This document shows positions 31,335-41,153 of a stretch of 64,000 bases of DNA, one piece after another. Numbering within the stretch: position 1 is the stretch's first letter; the number at the start of each line of letters is the position of its first letter. Under the pieces are notes generated by a model. It searched no databases. It worked only from the letters and a program-made list of their open reading frames with translations, and was not told the DNA's origin. The DNA is from Spirochaetia bacterium (GTDB taxonomy: Bacteria; Spirochaetota; Spirochaetia; WTKD01; G963693115). The stretch is taken from contig CBDDCA010000006.1 of NCBI GenBank assembly GCA_965226055.1, positions 288,001 through 352,000 on the forward strand. The letters are read 5' to 3'. A program made the position numbers and the translations under genes.

Positions 31335-31907
31335 ATGCAACAGAAAGCATCTGCCACAGACACACAAGAACTACAGGACATTATCTCAGCATTAGATAAC
31401 GAACAATATAGAAATAGCTTTGGTCGTATAGTACGTAATCTTGAAGACATTAAAACATACACAAAAAAACTATATCTCAAAAATATGCTACAGATAGCAC
31501 TTTCACAAAACTATACATGCATAGATGAAGAAACATTTGCTCTTGCAGAAACACAAGAACACGATACACTGTCTTTAGCAATACGTTCTGGATCAGAATG
31601 TGGTGGCGTATACTATGCCCTGTTTCTAAAAAGCAAAAACTATACTCTCCCTGCATATCTTACACTAAAATCTTTCTGTGATACGACTATTCCTCGTATT
31701 ATTGGCTGTCATAGTCCCGAACAAATACCTTTCTTTTGGAATTACTTTAATCCCGCCATTAACTTTCTGTTCTTCTCCGATAACAACACTCTCTCCCTTC
31801 TTCATACACAATCACGACAAAAAATAGTTACGCAGCACTGGAAACAGTTACATCAGTTCTTACACACTATTACCGATGAAGTAAAGAAACATTTCACTCT
31901 ATTGTAA
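31335..31907 (+). CDS. Hypothetical protein
   Basis: 190-aa ORF filling the gap; no recognised motif. Confidence 0.6.
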   Translation: MQQKASATDTQELQDIISALDNEQYRNSFGRIVRNLEDIKTYTKKLYLKNMLQIALSQNYTCIDEETFALAETQEHDTLSLAIRSGSECGGVYYALFLKSKNYTLPAYLTLKSFCDTTIPRIIGCHSPEQIPFFWNYFNPAINFLFFSDNNTLSLLHTQSRQKIVTQHWKQLHQFLHTITDEVKKHFTLL

Positions 31908-31940
31908 GATTGTAAGCATAGCCTCTTATTATTCCTCATA

Positions 31941-32708
31941 TTAGTTATTATTAAACTCACGAAAAGAATCTATTTCTTTTTGAGTATATAATTCAGACAG
32001 AGGAGATATTTCTTCAATTTCAATAAAAGGGACTTTATATTGTAATTGCTCACGCCATACTCTCATATCCTTTACTGTTTCAAAATCTATGGTACGAACA
32101 ATCTTCATATGCTTTTTTTTATTTTGCTGTTCAAACTCCACCACTGCAAATTTTCCGCCCCCTATATACTGTATTTCTTGTCCTTCCTGTATGTCTTCAC
32201 AGGCTTGTACATATGCTATTGCCTCATCAAAACTCACATACTCATCGCTTGCTCCCTTGTTAAAGGCAGTCAATACTTCAGATATGGGCTTACCACTATC
32301 ACTAGACACTAGCTGTAAAGAAGTATCAGGAGACACAACATGAGGCACAGCTCCCTTAGGATAACTACGCGACTGAGGCACAGAAACAGGATTATCTTTT
32401 TGATACATTGTTTCGCTTGATATATGAGTAGCTTTTATCTTTGTCATACGTAACCCTGTTTGTACACCAGCAAGAACAATAGTAGTTTCCTTATTATGAG
32501 ATTGATTGCCGTGTGTACTTTTTGAATCTATCTTTTTATCTCCCTTTTTTGCTTTTTTTGTCAGCGACTGAGAAGACTGTTTGTTATATGCCGTAGCATT
32601 ACTATGCTGTTGCTTTGTATCATCATGTTTAGCAACATGCTTGCCTACACTTTTTTGGGTATTCTTCTTTTTTCCAAAAAAGCTATTGCGTATATGCTTT
32701 TTTTCCAT
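31941..32708 (-). CDS. Hypothetical protein, Lys-rich disordered N-terminus
   Basis: 255-aa ORF divergent from polA; C-terminal IQYIGGGKFAVV recalls a spirochaete conserved hypothetical protein (unverified). Confidence 0.7.
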   Translation of the reverse strand: MEKKHIRNSFFGKKKNTQKSVGKHVAKHDDTKQQHSNATAYNKQSSQSLTKKAKKGDKKIDSKSTHGNQSHNKETTIVLAGVQTGLRMTKIKATHISSETMYQKDNPVSVPQSRSYPKGAVPHVVSPDTSLQLVSSDSGKPISEVLTAFNKGASDEYVSFDEAIAYVQACEDIQEGQEIQYIGGGKFAVVEFEQQNKKKHMKIVRTIDFETVKDMRVWREQLQYKVPFIEIEEISPLSELYTQKEIDSFREFNNN

Positions 32709-32733
32709 GTATATAGTATAATTAAAATATACA

Positions 32734-35526
32734 ATGAGTACAACTCTATTTTTAGTTGATGGACATGGGCTTATTTTTCGTTCCTATTATGCTCATATTA
32801 AAAATCCATTACGAAATTCACAGGGACATAACACTTCAGCTATTTATGGTTTTTTTCAAAGCATAAAAAAAATCTTTACTGACTATGCTCCTTCAGATAT
32901 CGTAATTGCATTGGATTCACATGAGGCAGAACTTGAACGTAAAAAAGTATATCCAAACTACAAAGCAAATCGACAAAAAACTCCCGAAGATCTTAAAACA
33001 CAAATCGCTATTATCATAGACATCATTAAAGCTATGGAAATTCCTCATTTAAGCGTACTTGGACATGAAGCCGATGATATTATAGCTACCTTATCAAGAA
33101 AAAAGAGCAAAGACAACATAGCAAGTACCATAGTAAGCTCTGATAAAGATCTCTTTCAATTACTTGGAGATAATGTTTCTATATTACGTCCTACAAGTAA
33201 AAGCAGCGATTGGATACCGATAACTCCAGCATGGATTCAAGAAAACTATAATATTGAATATTCCCAAATTCATGACTATCTTGCTATTATTGGAGATAGT
33301 AGCGACAATATTCCGGGTGTTGCAGGATTAGGACCAAAAACAGCAGCAGCATTATTACAAAATTACAAAAATCTCGATGAAATATTTGCTAACATTAGCA
33401 ACTTAAAAGAAAGCTGGCGAAAAAAACTCGTGGATGCCAAAGAAATAGCACAATTAAGCTATGCACTTATTGCCTTACACTATGATGTTCCTATCCCTGA
33501 CAATTTTACTACCGCATATCCCGAATTATTATGGCATAAAGCTCATAGTATTTTTGAAAATAATGATATATCCAGTTTTCCCACAAAAAACCCACACGGT
33601 AGCACTTCCACACAAAACACCACTACTGCTTCGCCTAACGATACCGAAACACATAGTTCCACAGCATCATGTTCCGTTAGCATTATTGAAAAAACTGAAC
33701 AATTACAAGCAATAGTAAACACTGCGTTAGACAAAAACATCATAAGCATATATCCTGTGTATACAGGACATACCCCACATACTACCCTTACTGGACTTGC
33801 TCTTGCTTGTAGTGAACATCAAGCCTACTATCTTCCTTTCTCTTCATCAACAGGAGATAACGATACCAAGAAAGAGGAGCATGTTTCATATAACACATTG
33901 ATGGAAGATAGCACATCAAGAAAAACATGTATAGACCTATTACAATCGTTATTCAAAAGTAAGAAATGCGTACTTCTATTTCATGATGCAAAGCAAGCAC
34001 TCAATATACTGTACAGAGAAGGCTTTGAAAAAGCACATAATTACTTTCATCCAAAAAAGCACAGTTTTGCTATAGTAGATTGCATCATTGCAGCATGGCT
34101 TATTTCACCCGAAAATAATCAGTACGATATAGCATCATTATGTAACAAATACCTCCCTCAGCATCCTCTTACGAACTCTATACATACACTGTCTTTTCTG
34201 ACAGACAATACAGACGCTTCATCACTCGTACATAGTGCTGGCATTCATAGTGCCGTCCTCCTTGCTCTTTGGGATACACTTGCATTGCAATTACGACAAA
34301 ATAATATGTACGAAGAATATATATCCACCGAAACATATTTATGCTATATATTAAGCACAATAGAACAAAGTGGCATTGCTATCGATAGCCCCTACCTTAA
34401 AGAACTATCAGCACAGTTTGCACACACCCTTACTATTGTAGAAAAAGAAATATACAGTATGAGTGGCGAAGAATTTAATATCAATTCACCAAAACAAATG
34501 CAAGAAATACTCTTCGAAAAATTACAGTTACCAAAAACAAAAAAAACAAAAACAGGATACAGTACCGATGTACATGTACTTGAATATTTATCATCAATAC
34601 ATCCTCTTCCTGAAAAAATTCTCCATTTTCGACATATTAGCAAGCTAAAAAACACCTACTCTGATACCCTTCCTCAACAAATAAATACAGCTACACAGAG
34701 AATCCATACAACTCTTCATCAAAACGGAGCAGAGACAGGACGCTTATCAAGCACAAACCCTAATTTACAAAACATTCCTATCAAAGATCCTATAGGGCAA
34801 CAGCTGAGACACGCTTTTATCGCAAAAAAAGGATGGAAACTTATCAGTGCTGATTATTCACAAATAGAACTTGTAGTACTTGCACATCTTTCAAACGATA
34901 TAAACTTAATTGATGCTTTCCAAAAAAAACTGGACATACATACACGCACCGCTTCAATACTTTTTCAAATAGAAGAAAACAATGTTGATGAAACACAAAG
35001 GCGCATTGCAAAAAATATCAATTTTGGAGTAATTTATGGTATGTCTGCATTTCGTCTTTCAAACGAACTGAAAATATCTCAAAATTTAGCAAAAGAATTT
35101 ATAACGGCATACTTTAATGAATTTTCATCGGTAACAGAATACATAAACAACACTGTTAGTACCGCAGAAGAGCAAGGCTATACTACCACTATTCTTGGAA
35201 GAAGACGCTACTATGAAAATATCAACAGTAGTAACAAAAATCTCAAACACGCTGCTGAACGTATGGCAGTAAACAGTACTATACAAGGATCTGCAGCCGA
35301 TATTGTAAAACTTGCAATGATAAAAGTGCATGATGCACTTCAAAAGCAAGCGCTTTCAAGCAAAATCATATTACAAATACATGATGAGTTATTACTTGAA
35401 TGTCCTACACAAGAAGTAGACACAGTATTAGACTTACTCTATGAAATAATGCCAACGGCATATCCTCTCTCAGTACCTCTCTCTATCTCTGCAAAAGCAG
35501 GCAATAGCTGGGGTGAAATAAAGTAA
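32734..35526 (+). CDS. polA: DNA polymerase I
   Basis: 5'-3' exonuclease (LVDG, YKANR, EADD, GDSSDNIPGV); polymerase motifs TGRLSS.NPNLQNIP, DYSQIEL, AKNINFGVIYG, QIHDEL. Confidence 0.97.
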   Translation: MSTTLFLVDGHGLIFRSYYAHIKNPLRNSQGHNTSAIYGFFQSIKKIFTDYAPSDIVIALDSHEAELERKKVYPNYKANRQKTPEDLKTQIAIIIDIIKAMEIPHLSVLGHEADDIIATLSRKKSKDNIASTIVSSDKDLFQLLGDNVSILRPTSKSSDWIPITPAWIQENYNIEYSQIHDYLAIIGDSSDNIPGVAGLGPKTAAALLQNYKNLDEIFANISNLKESWRKKLVDAKEIAQLSYALIALHYDVPIPDNFTTAYPELLWHKAHSIFENNDISSFPTKNPHGSTSTQNTTTASPNDTETHSSTASCSVSIIEKTEQLQAIVNTALDKNIISIYPVYTGHTPHTTLTGLALACSEHQAYYLPFSSSTGDNDTKKEEHVSYNTLMEDSTSRKTCIDLLQSLFKSKKCVLLFHDAKQALNILYREGFEKAHNYFHPKKHSFAIVDCIIAAWLISPENNQYDIASLCNKYLPQHPLTNSIHTLSFLTDNTDASSLVHSAGIHSAVLLALWDTLALQLRQNNMYEEYISTETYLCYILSTIEQSGIAIDSPYLKELSAQFAHTLTIVEKEIYSMSGEEFNINSPKQMQEILFEKLQLPKTKKTKTGYSTDVHVLEYLSSIHPLPEKILHFRHISKLKNTYSDTLPQQINTATQRIHTTLHQNGAETGRLSSTNPNLQNIPIKDPIGQQLRHAFIAKKGWKLISADYSQIELVVLAHLSNDINLIDAFQKKLDIHTRTASILFQIEENNVDETQRRIAKNINFGVIYGMSAFRLSNELKISQNLAKEFITAYFNEFSSVTEYINNTVSTAEEQGYTTTILGRRRYYENINSSNKNLKHAAERMAVNSTIQGSAADIVKLAMIKVHDALQKQALSSKIILQIHDELLLECPTQEVDTVLDLLYEIMPTAYPLSVPLSISAKAGNSWGEIK

Positions 35527-36116
35527 TGATCATAGGGGTTACAGGAGGATATTGTGCAGGAAAAAATATGCTCTGTGAAACATTAAAAGAGCTTGGCATT
35601 ACAAGTATTGATGTAGATATCGTTGGACATGCTGCCTTACAAGCAAAAAAAGAAACAATAGTATCTCACTTTGGCAATACCATACTCACCAATAATGAAA
35701 ACATAGATAGAAAAAAACTAGGAAGCATAGTATTTTCCCACAAAAAACAATTAGCCACATTAGAATCTATCGTTCACCCTTGGATGCAACAATATATTCA
35801 TACATTCATACAAAATAATAGTAATTCACATATTACTATTAACGCAGCCCTTCTTTTTTATCTTAAGCTAAATATCTATTGCGATACAATAGTAATACTC
35901 AAAACCCCGTTCTTTGTACGCTTTTTTCGTGCATTACAACGAGATTCTCTTGGTGTTACAGCAACATTAAGACGATTTATGAACCAAAAACCGCTTCCTT
36001 CTCATAAAGTACTTAATCATACATCACATTATGCCGAAACTAAAATTGTAAGAAATAATACACAAATACAATCTTTTGTAGAAACCATAGGGAGAACAAT
36101 ACATGGAACAGTTTAG
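35526..36116 (+). CDS. coaE: Dephospho-CoA kinase
   Basis: IGVTGG..AGK, IDRKKLG..VF, LESIVHP; follows polA. Confidence 0.9.
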   Translation: MIIGVTGGYCAGKNMLCETLKELGITSIDVDIVGHAALQAKKETIVSHFGNTILTNNENIDRKKLGSIVFSHKKQLATLESIVHPWMQQYIHTFIQNNSNSHITINAALLFYLKLNIYCDTIVILKTPFFVRFFRALQRDSLGVTATLRRFMNQKPLPSHKVLNHTSHYAETKIVRNNTQIQSFVETIGRTIHGTV

Positions 36117-37356
36117 CAATAATAACAACACTCATCCACATATACAAACACAATCTCATACAAACAATCAACAGTATCATAACAATTATACTCCGTACCC
36201 TGCCTCTTCAAACAGTACGGATAATCACAATACTACCAACTATAATCCACAACAAAATGCACATGATTCCTATCATTATGCTCATACTCCTGTGGACAAT
36301 AGCATTAGCACTGTCCCTTCTGAAATACAACAACAAACATCTCAGATCCATACCCCTCCTATCAACAATATTCATGCCACCATACAACAAGAAAACAATA
36401 CCCCTCACAATCATGAGGAAATATATCCACAGAATGACCAACATACACAGCGTACAAACTATCAATATACAGCCCCCAACGGAAACACTCCCTATACTTC
36501 CCCTCCCTATGCTCCTAATGACAATCCTTCTGATAATTACAATGCGTATTCAAGCAATCAACATACAAAAGGTAAACACGATCAAAATCAAAGCAACAGC
36601 GCAACTCTCCCTCCAAATAGCAGTACATCAAATAATAAAACAGAACAATTTTTGTTATTTGCTCTTATCATAGCCATATCAATTACTGCCATCGTTATTG
36701 GTGTGGGATGGACCTTGTTTTATCCTAAACCTATCGCTGAAAAGACTGATAGCGTTGCTCCTACCACTGATGACGCATTATCAGAAGTGCAAAATACAAC
36801 AACAAATAAGAGTGAAAACCAAGATCTTGTTATTATTTACAGAGCAGATGAACAAAAAGTAAGTGATACATCTAATACACAGGCAACTACAACACAAAGC
36901 ACAAAAACCGAAACAATATCACGCAGTTCGGGTAGCACTCCCGCTTCTACAAAAAAAGTAGTAACAAAAAGCACTCCCGCTACCGCTACTCCTGTATCAG
37001 CAGTGAAAGCACAACCAACAGCACCAGCACAAACGAAAAACACTACAACAACAACTACCACTACAAAAACAACACCTACAGAGGCAGTGTCTGTTCCTTC
37101 TAAAGTACACATTGATACAAAATATTGGATACAAATTTTTTCTACAAACAACCGAGATAAAGCCAACAAAATTCAAGATGATCTAGACACTCAAGGCATA
37201 AAAACTATCATTGTTACAAAAAACATAAATAATAGCACTTTCTACCGTCTGAGAATAGGACCATACTATAACAAAGATGAAGGAAGTAAATTTTTAGAAT
37301 GGATACGCAGAGACAATAAGTATAAAGATGCGTATATTTCAGTAGAAAAAGGCTAA
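36103..37356 (+). CDS. SPOR-domain membrane protein (FtsN-like architecture)
   Basis: Long N/H/Q/T-rich N-terminus, one TM, T-rich linker, C-terminal YWIQ...YRLRIGPY. Confidence 0.88.
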   Translation: MEQFSNNNNTHPHIQTQSHTNNQQYHNNYTPYPASSNSTDNHNTTNYNPQQNAHDSYHYAHTPVDNSISTVPSEIQQQTSQIHTPPINNIHATIQQENNTPHNHEEIYPQNDQHTQRTNYQYTAPNGNTPYTSPPYAPNDNPSDNYNAYSSNQHTKGKHDQNQSNSATLPPNSSTSNNKTEQFLLFALIIAISITAIVIGVGWTLFYPKPIAEKTDSVAPTTDDALSEVQNTTTNKSENQDLVIIYRADEQKVSDTSNTQATTTQSTKTETISRSSGSTPASTKKVVTKSTPATATPVSAVKAQPTAPAQTKNTTTTTTTTKTTPTEAVSVPSKVHIDTKYWIQIFSTNNRDKANKIQDDLDTQGIKTIIVTKNINNSTFYRLRIGPYYNKDEGSKFLEWIRRDNKYKDAYISVEKG

Positions 37357-37397
37357 AAAAAGAGACAGGAAAAAGGACAAAAAAAGAACAGAGAGGT

Positions 37398-37994
37398 ACG
37401 CTTATCGCAGCAGGATGGATAACAGAAAAAAAAGAGACAGTACTTACAACACGAGTATTTGATGTTGAAAAAAAAGAGTGTTACAGAACAAACACCTCTT
37501 TAGAAAAACGCAGTACCGTAACAAAAGACGAGCTTGTTACGTTTCATACCATTCACTCTCATGATTTTGTACAATGTATTCCTCTTATATACCGTAACGA
37601 TCAGGCACATGTAGTACTTATTTCCCAGTATCGCTATGGGACAGAAAACTTTGTTCTTGAATTTCCCGGAGGCATAGTCGATGCAGGAGAAAGCCCTCAA
37701 GAAGCAGCATTTCGAGAATTACAAGAAGAAACAGGCTATAAAGCAAAATCATGTACCCTGCTACAAGCAGTATACTCAAACCCTGCTCTATTCAACAATA
37801 GCTCCTATATATTTGTTGCGGAAGAATTAAGCAACACAGGAGAAAAGCACCTTGATGAACATGAAGACACGGATATTTCCATCATGCCTCTTGCACAGCT
37901 CTTACGAGAACAAAGCAAACATAATTTTACGCATGGACTTATGGTTGCTGGATTGTACTGTCTTTTAGAGTACCTAAAGAAAATTACACTGTAA
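37398..37994 (+). CDS. NUDIX hydrolase (ADP-ribose pyrophosphatase-like); start codon uncertain; not in ORF track
   Basis: Manual translation: QYRYG...LEFPGGIVDAGESPQEAAFRELQEETGY...SNPA...HLDEHE; frame open 37326-37994. Confidence 0.88.
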   Translation, partial: TLIAAGWITEKKETVLTTRVFDVEKKECYRTNTSLEKRSTVTKDELVTFHTIHSHDFVQCIPLIYRNDQAHVVLISQYRYGTENFVLEFPGGIVDAGESPQEAAFRELQEETGYKAKSCTLLQAVYSNPALFNNSSYIFVAEELSNTGEKHLDEHEDTDISIMPLAQLLREQSKHNFTHGLMVAGLYCLLEYLKKITL

Positions 37995-38085
37995 TAGACA
38001 GAGCCTCACTGAGAATAAAATATACTATTACTACTGTAGCACTTATATCTATAATATGATACCACTATTATAGTATACTATATAT

Positions 38086-38772
38086 ATGATGAAATTTCTA
38101 TTATTCCTTTCAATCATGAGTATCCCTATAAGCATAGGCTTTGCTACAGACCCTCACCTCTTTTTAGGAGTTAGTACAGATACAGCATTTTTTGGAGGAA
38201 ATTCTACACTTGAAGATAGTACAGATAATACAGGGACAAAGATAAACAATATCACTCTGTCCAAAAGTGCTTCTTCTCGAGAACTAGGGGTAGGATTTTT
38301 AATAGGGTATCAGTTTATAGAAATGCTTGATGTATCCATTAGATTAGGGGGGCATAGTACACTCACCTCACAAGCTATCGGAAGCCAAAGACTTATATAT
38401 TTACAGAAAAATGCCCTTTCATTTGAAATAAATACAAAAGGAACATCATACATTCATAAAAATATAGGAATCTACGCACAAGCAGGAATAGGATTATCAT
38501 ACATATATCTTACTAGTGCAGGAGGTAGCGAAGACATCGACTTAGGACTACAATGGAATGATATAGGAGGATATGTCCTCATTGGATTAGGAAGCTCCTT
38601 ACGTATAGGAGAAACAAACAATCATCGTTTCAGTCTCGGCTTACAGAACAAGTTTATTTTTCAGGACAACAAACAGTACTCTATTAAAACAAACAATGGT
38701 GGCAAGATATTCACTTTTGGAGAAACACACTTTCTATTAGGACTTCATTTTGAGTACACCTATTTCCTGTAG
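38086..38772 (+). CDS. Outer-membrane beta-barrel protein (OmpA-TM-like)
   Basis: Signal peptide, alternating hydrophobic beta-strands, C-terminal FEYTYFL. Confidence 0.75.
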   Translation: MMKFLLFLSIMSIPISIGFATDPHLFLGVSTDTAFFGGNSTLEDSTDNTGTKINNITLSKSASSRELGVGFLIGYQFIEMLDVSIRLGGHSTLTSQAIGSQRLIYLQKNALSFEINTKGTSYIHKNIGIYAQAGIGLSYIYLTSAGGSEDIDLGLQWNDIGGYVLIGLGSSLRIGETNNHRFSLGLQNKFIFQDNKQYSIKTNNGGKIFTFGETHFLLGLHFEYTYFL

Positions 38773-38830
38773 AATGAAATTATATACGAAAGCATAAGAG
38801 TTTGTATTATCATTCATAGTACTATAATTT

Positions 38831-39109
38831 TCATTTACCTTTGAACTCTTCTAGTTTTGTTATCAACTCTTGAAAACTTTCATCGGTTGATATTTTATGT
38901 AAAGGTGAATTTTTACTTTTATCTATCATCTCTTCTAATTTAACTAATCCTAATACCATCAAGTCTATTATTGCCTCACTTGTCTTTGGCAATGAAGTAT
39001 TTAAACGCATTCTTTTTAGAATACGATAATCTTCCATCCTATTAAATAAACTATCTGGCATATTCATTACTATTCTTTGTCCTACTGTATTTTTTTGTGT
39101 TTGTTGCAT
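38831..39109 (-). CDS. Small protein, probable ribbon-helix-helix DNA binder
   Basis: RIVMNMPDSLFNRMEDY...SEAIIDLMVLGL; AGGAG RBS. Confidence 0.6.
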   Translation of the reverse strand: MQQTQKNTVGQRIVMNMPDSLFNRMEDYRILKRMRLNTSLPKTSEAIIDLMVLGLVKLEEMIDKSKNSPLHKISTDESFQELITKLEEFKGK

Positions 39110-39118
39110 TACATTCTC

Positions 39119-39358
39119 CTATCTTCCTAATATCATTAATACATTATCACCATCTTGAATAATTTTTTCTATACTATAGCCTTCAGACGAATGGTAGTTT
39201 AACCAATCAGATAAATTTACTGTGTATACATCAAAATTTTCTTCAAGAACTTCATTTATAGTAAATGTACTATCAGTATCATCTACTCCTTTAGGGTTTT
39301 TATATGTTTCCCATACCTTTGGGTTACTTAATTTTCCCCATATTGTTCTATACTGCAT
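39119..39358 (-). CDS. Small hypothetical protein (DUF4177-like C-terminus)
   Basis: WLNYHSSEGYSIEKI...LMILGR; AAGGAG RBS. Confidence 0.55.
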   Translation of the reverse strand: MQYRTIWGKLSNPKVWETYKNPKGVDDTDSTFTINEVLEENFDVYTVNLSDWLNYHSSEGYSIEKIIQDGDNVLMILGR

Positions 39359-39671
39359 AACATCTCCTTGTAGTTACTTTATTTTTTTTATGATTACTCA
39401 TTGCTTTAGAGCTGACATGGAGAACAAGCTAAGTCTCCCTTAATCCAATTATACAATACAGCATATACATTTGCTATTTATATACAATTAAATACAAATC
39501 AACAGTCACTCTTTTTTTGATAAATGAGAATAATTTTATAGCATAACTAGCCCATAAGATATTCATTATTTTTTGGTTTATATAATTACAGAAAGTATAT
39601 TTTTCATATCTATTTTTTCTTTTGTAACATTTAACTGAATCTATAGCTTGCAGAAACCCTTAATATTGCAA

Positions 39672-40196
39672 TTAACTATTAGAACCACAACAAATTTTAT
39701 ATTTTTTACCACTACCACAAATACATCTATCATTTCTACCAATATTTTTTATAGAATCATAAAATTCTTTGATACCTTCTATTCCATGAGACCATTCCCC
39801 CCAAGGAGGAACTTCATTATATTGTTCATAATATGCTTGCCAAACAAAAAAAGGACAAACAAAACATCTAATAAAATCTGATAATTTTTTTTGTTCTGGC
39901 ATAGATAATTCTAAACAACAACTACCATCATCATATATATGTCTATCGGCTATTTTTTCTATTCTATTCCCTGTTTCATATACTTTCCTATTTGCACAGT
40001 CTATTTTTATCTCATAAACATCTTTAACAAAAGTATTTTGATATCTTTGTTTATTGTTTTGATCTGGGTTATGAATTAATTTTTTACCATCATATACAGC
40101 ACAAACATTAATCTCACCTTTTACAAAATTTCCCTCAAGATATAAGTTAGGAAATTGTTTTTGTATATTTTCAATATCTATCTCCATATAATTCAT
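39672..40196 (-). CDS. Prokaryotic E2-like protein with C-terminal SEC-C motif (CBASS ancillary)
   Basis: HIYDDGSCCL (E2-like H...G..C), PWGEWSHG..GI.E.Y, GRNDRCICGSGKKYKICC. Confidence 0.75.
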   Translation of the reverse strand: MNYMEIDIENIQKQFPNLYLEGNFVKGEINVCAVYDGKKLIHNPDQNNKQRYQNTFVKDVYEIKIDCANRKVYETGNRIEKIADRHIYDDGSCCLELSMPEQKKLSDFIRCFVCPFFVWQAYYEQYNEVPPWGEWSHGIEGIKEFYDSIKNIGRNDRCICGSGKKYKICCGSNS

Positions 40197-40229
40197 GATT
40201 AACTGAAGTATTTACTGTTGTCTAGCTTA

Positions 40230-41153
40230 TCACCATAATATGGTGAAATATGGCTTGGTAGCACCTGATATAAATGGTATATTGTCATCTAATGTACCAA
40301 AATCATCCCCAAAAATTTCTCTCCATTTCTTAACGCTTTCATTATGATCATTGCTATTGTATGCTTCATTTATTTTATCTGTATACAGTTTTATCTTGTC
40401 TCGAAAATTTGAATATTTATCTTCATCCCAATGTCTATTGAAATCTTCATCATCTAATACAGGATTTTTTATAGTAGGCATATGTTCATTGTTTTGTAAA
40501 AAATCATTTAAGTTATTCATTATATGCTTCAAAGCAGTAGGTAAATCTGAAAATGAAACACTATCACTATCTTTAATTTGATTTCCTAAAAGAGTTGTCA
40601 ATAAAATGGACTTACAGCTAAAATTTGTTTTAATATCTCTCATATACTTGACTAATTTAATGACTTTCTTTAAATATCCTCCAGATTTTTCATTTTTTCC
40701 TATTAACCAATTCTTATAAGCAGTTCCATCCGTTATTTCAAATTCATTTTCCTTTTTATTACAAATATACTTTTTTTCTATACAAGGAACAATATCTAAA
40801 TGAAAGTCTCCGCTATAATCAATAGTTACACAGCGAGTTTTTCTTTTTACTATATCCTTATAGTTACCATCATCTTTAAATAGTTTATATATATTCTCTA
40901 TATATTCCTTTGCTTCCCAATCTAAATCTTCAATATAAACCATTATATCAGCATCAAAATCTTTCTCTTTTGGTGGCTTAATAATTGTCTTACTGCCATA
41001 AGAGCCTTGATTTTCTATTGCTTGATAACCCTCTAAATTATTTTCTAAAAACCCTTTAATACAGCCTACTCTCTTTTGAAGTGTCTCTAATCTAGTTTTA
41101 TTTAAATTTACTTTTTCTTCCATAAATTCATTAAAAAATTTTTCATGTTTCAT
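40230..41153 (-). CDS. cGAS/DncV-like nucleotidyltransferase (CD-NTase, SMODS plus AGS-C-like tail)
   Basis: QGSY...TIIKP...DFDAD, RCVTIDY...FHLDIVP, KSILLTTL, NPV..DEDFN.HW, WREIFGDDF. Confidence 0.9.
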   Translation of the reverse strand: MKHEKFFNEFMEEKVNLNKTRLETLQKRVGCIKGFLENNLEGYQAIENQGSYGSKTIIKPPKEKDFDADIMVYIEDLDWEAKEYIENIYKLFKDDGNYKDIVKRKTRCVTIDYSGDFHLDIVPCIEKKYICNKKENEFEITDGTAYKNWLIGKNEKSGGYLKKVIKLVKYMRDIKTNFSCKSILLTTLLGNQIKDSDSVSFSDLPTALKHIMNNLNDFLQNNEHMPTIKNPVLDDEDFNRHWDEDKYSNFRDKIKLYTDKINEAYNSNDHNESVKKWREIFGDDFGTLDDNIPFISGATKPYFTILW

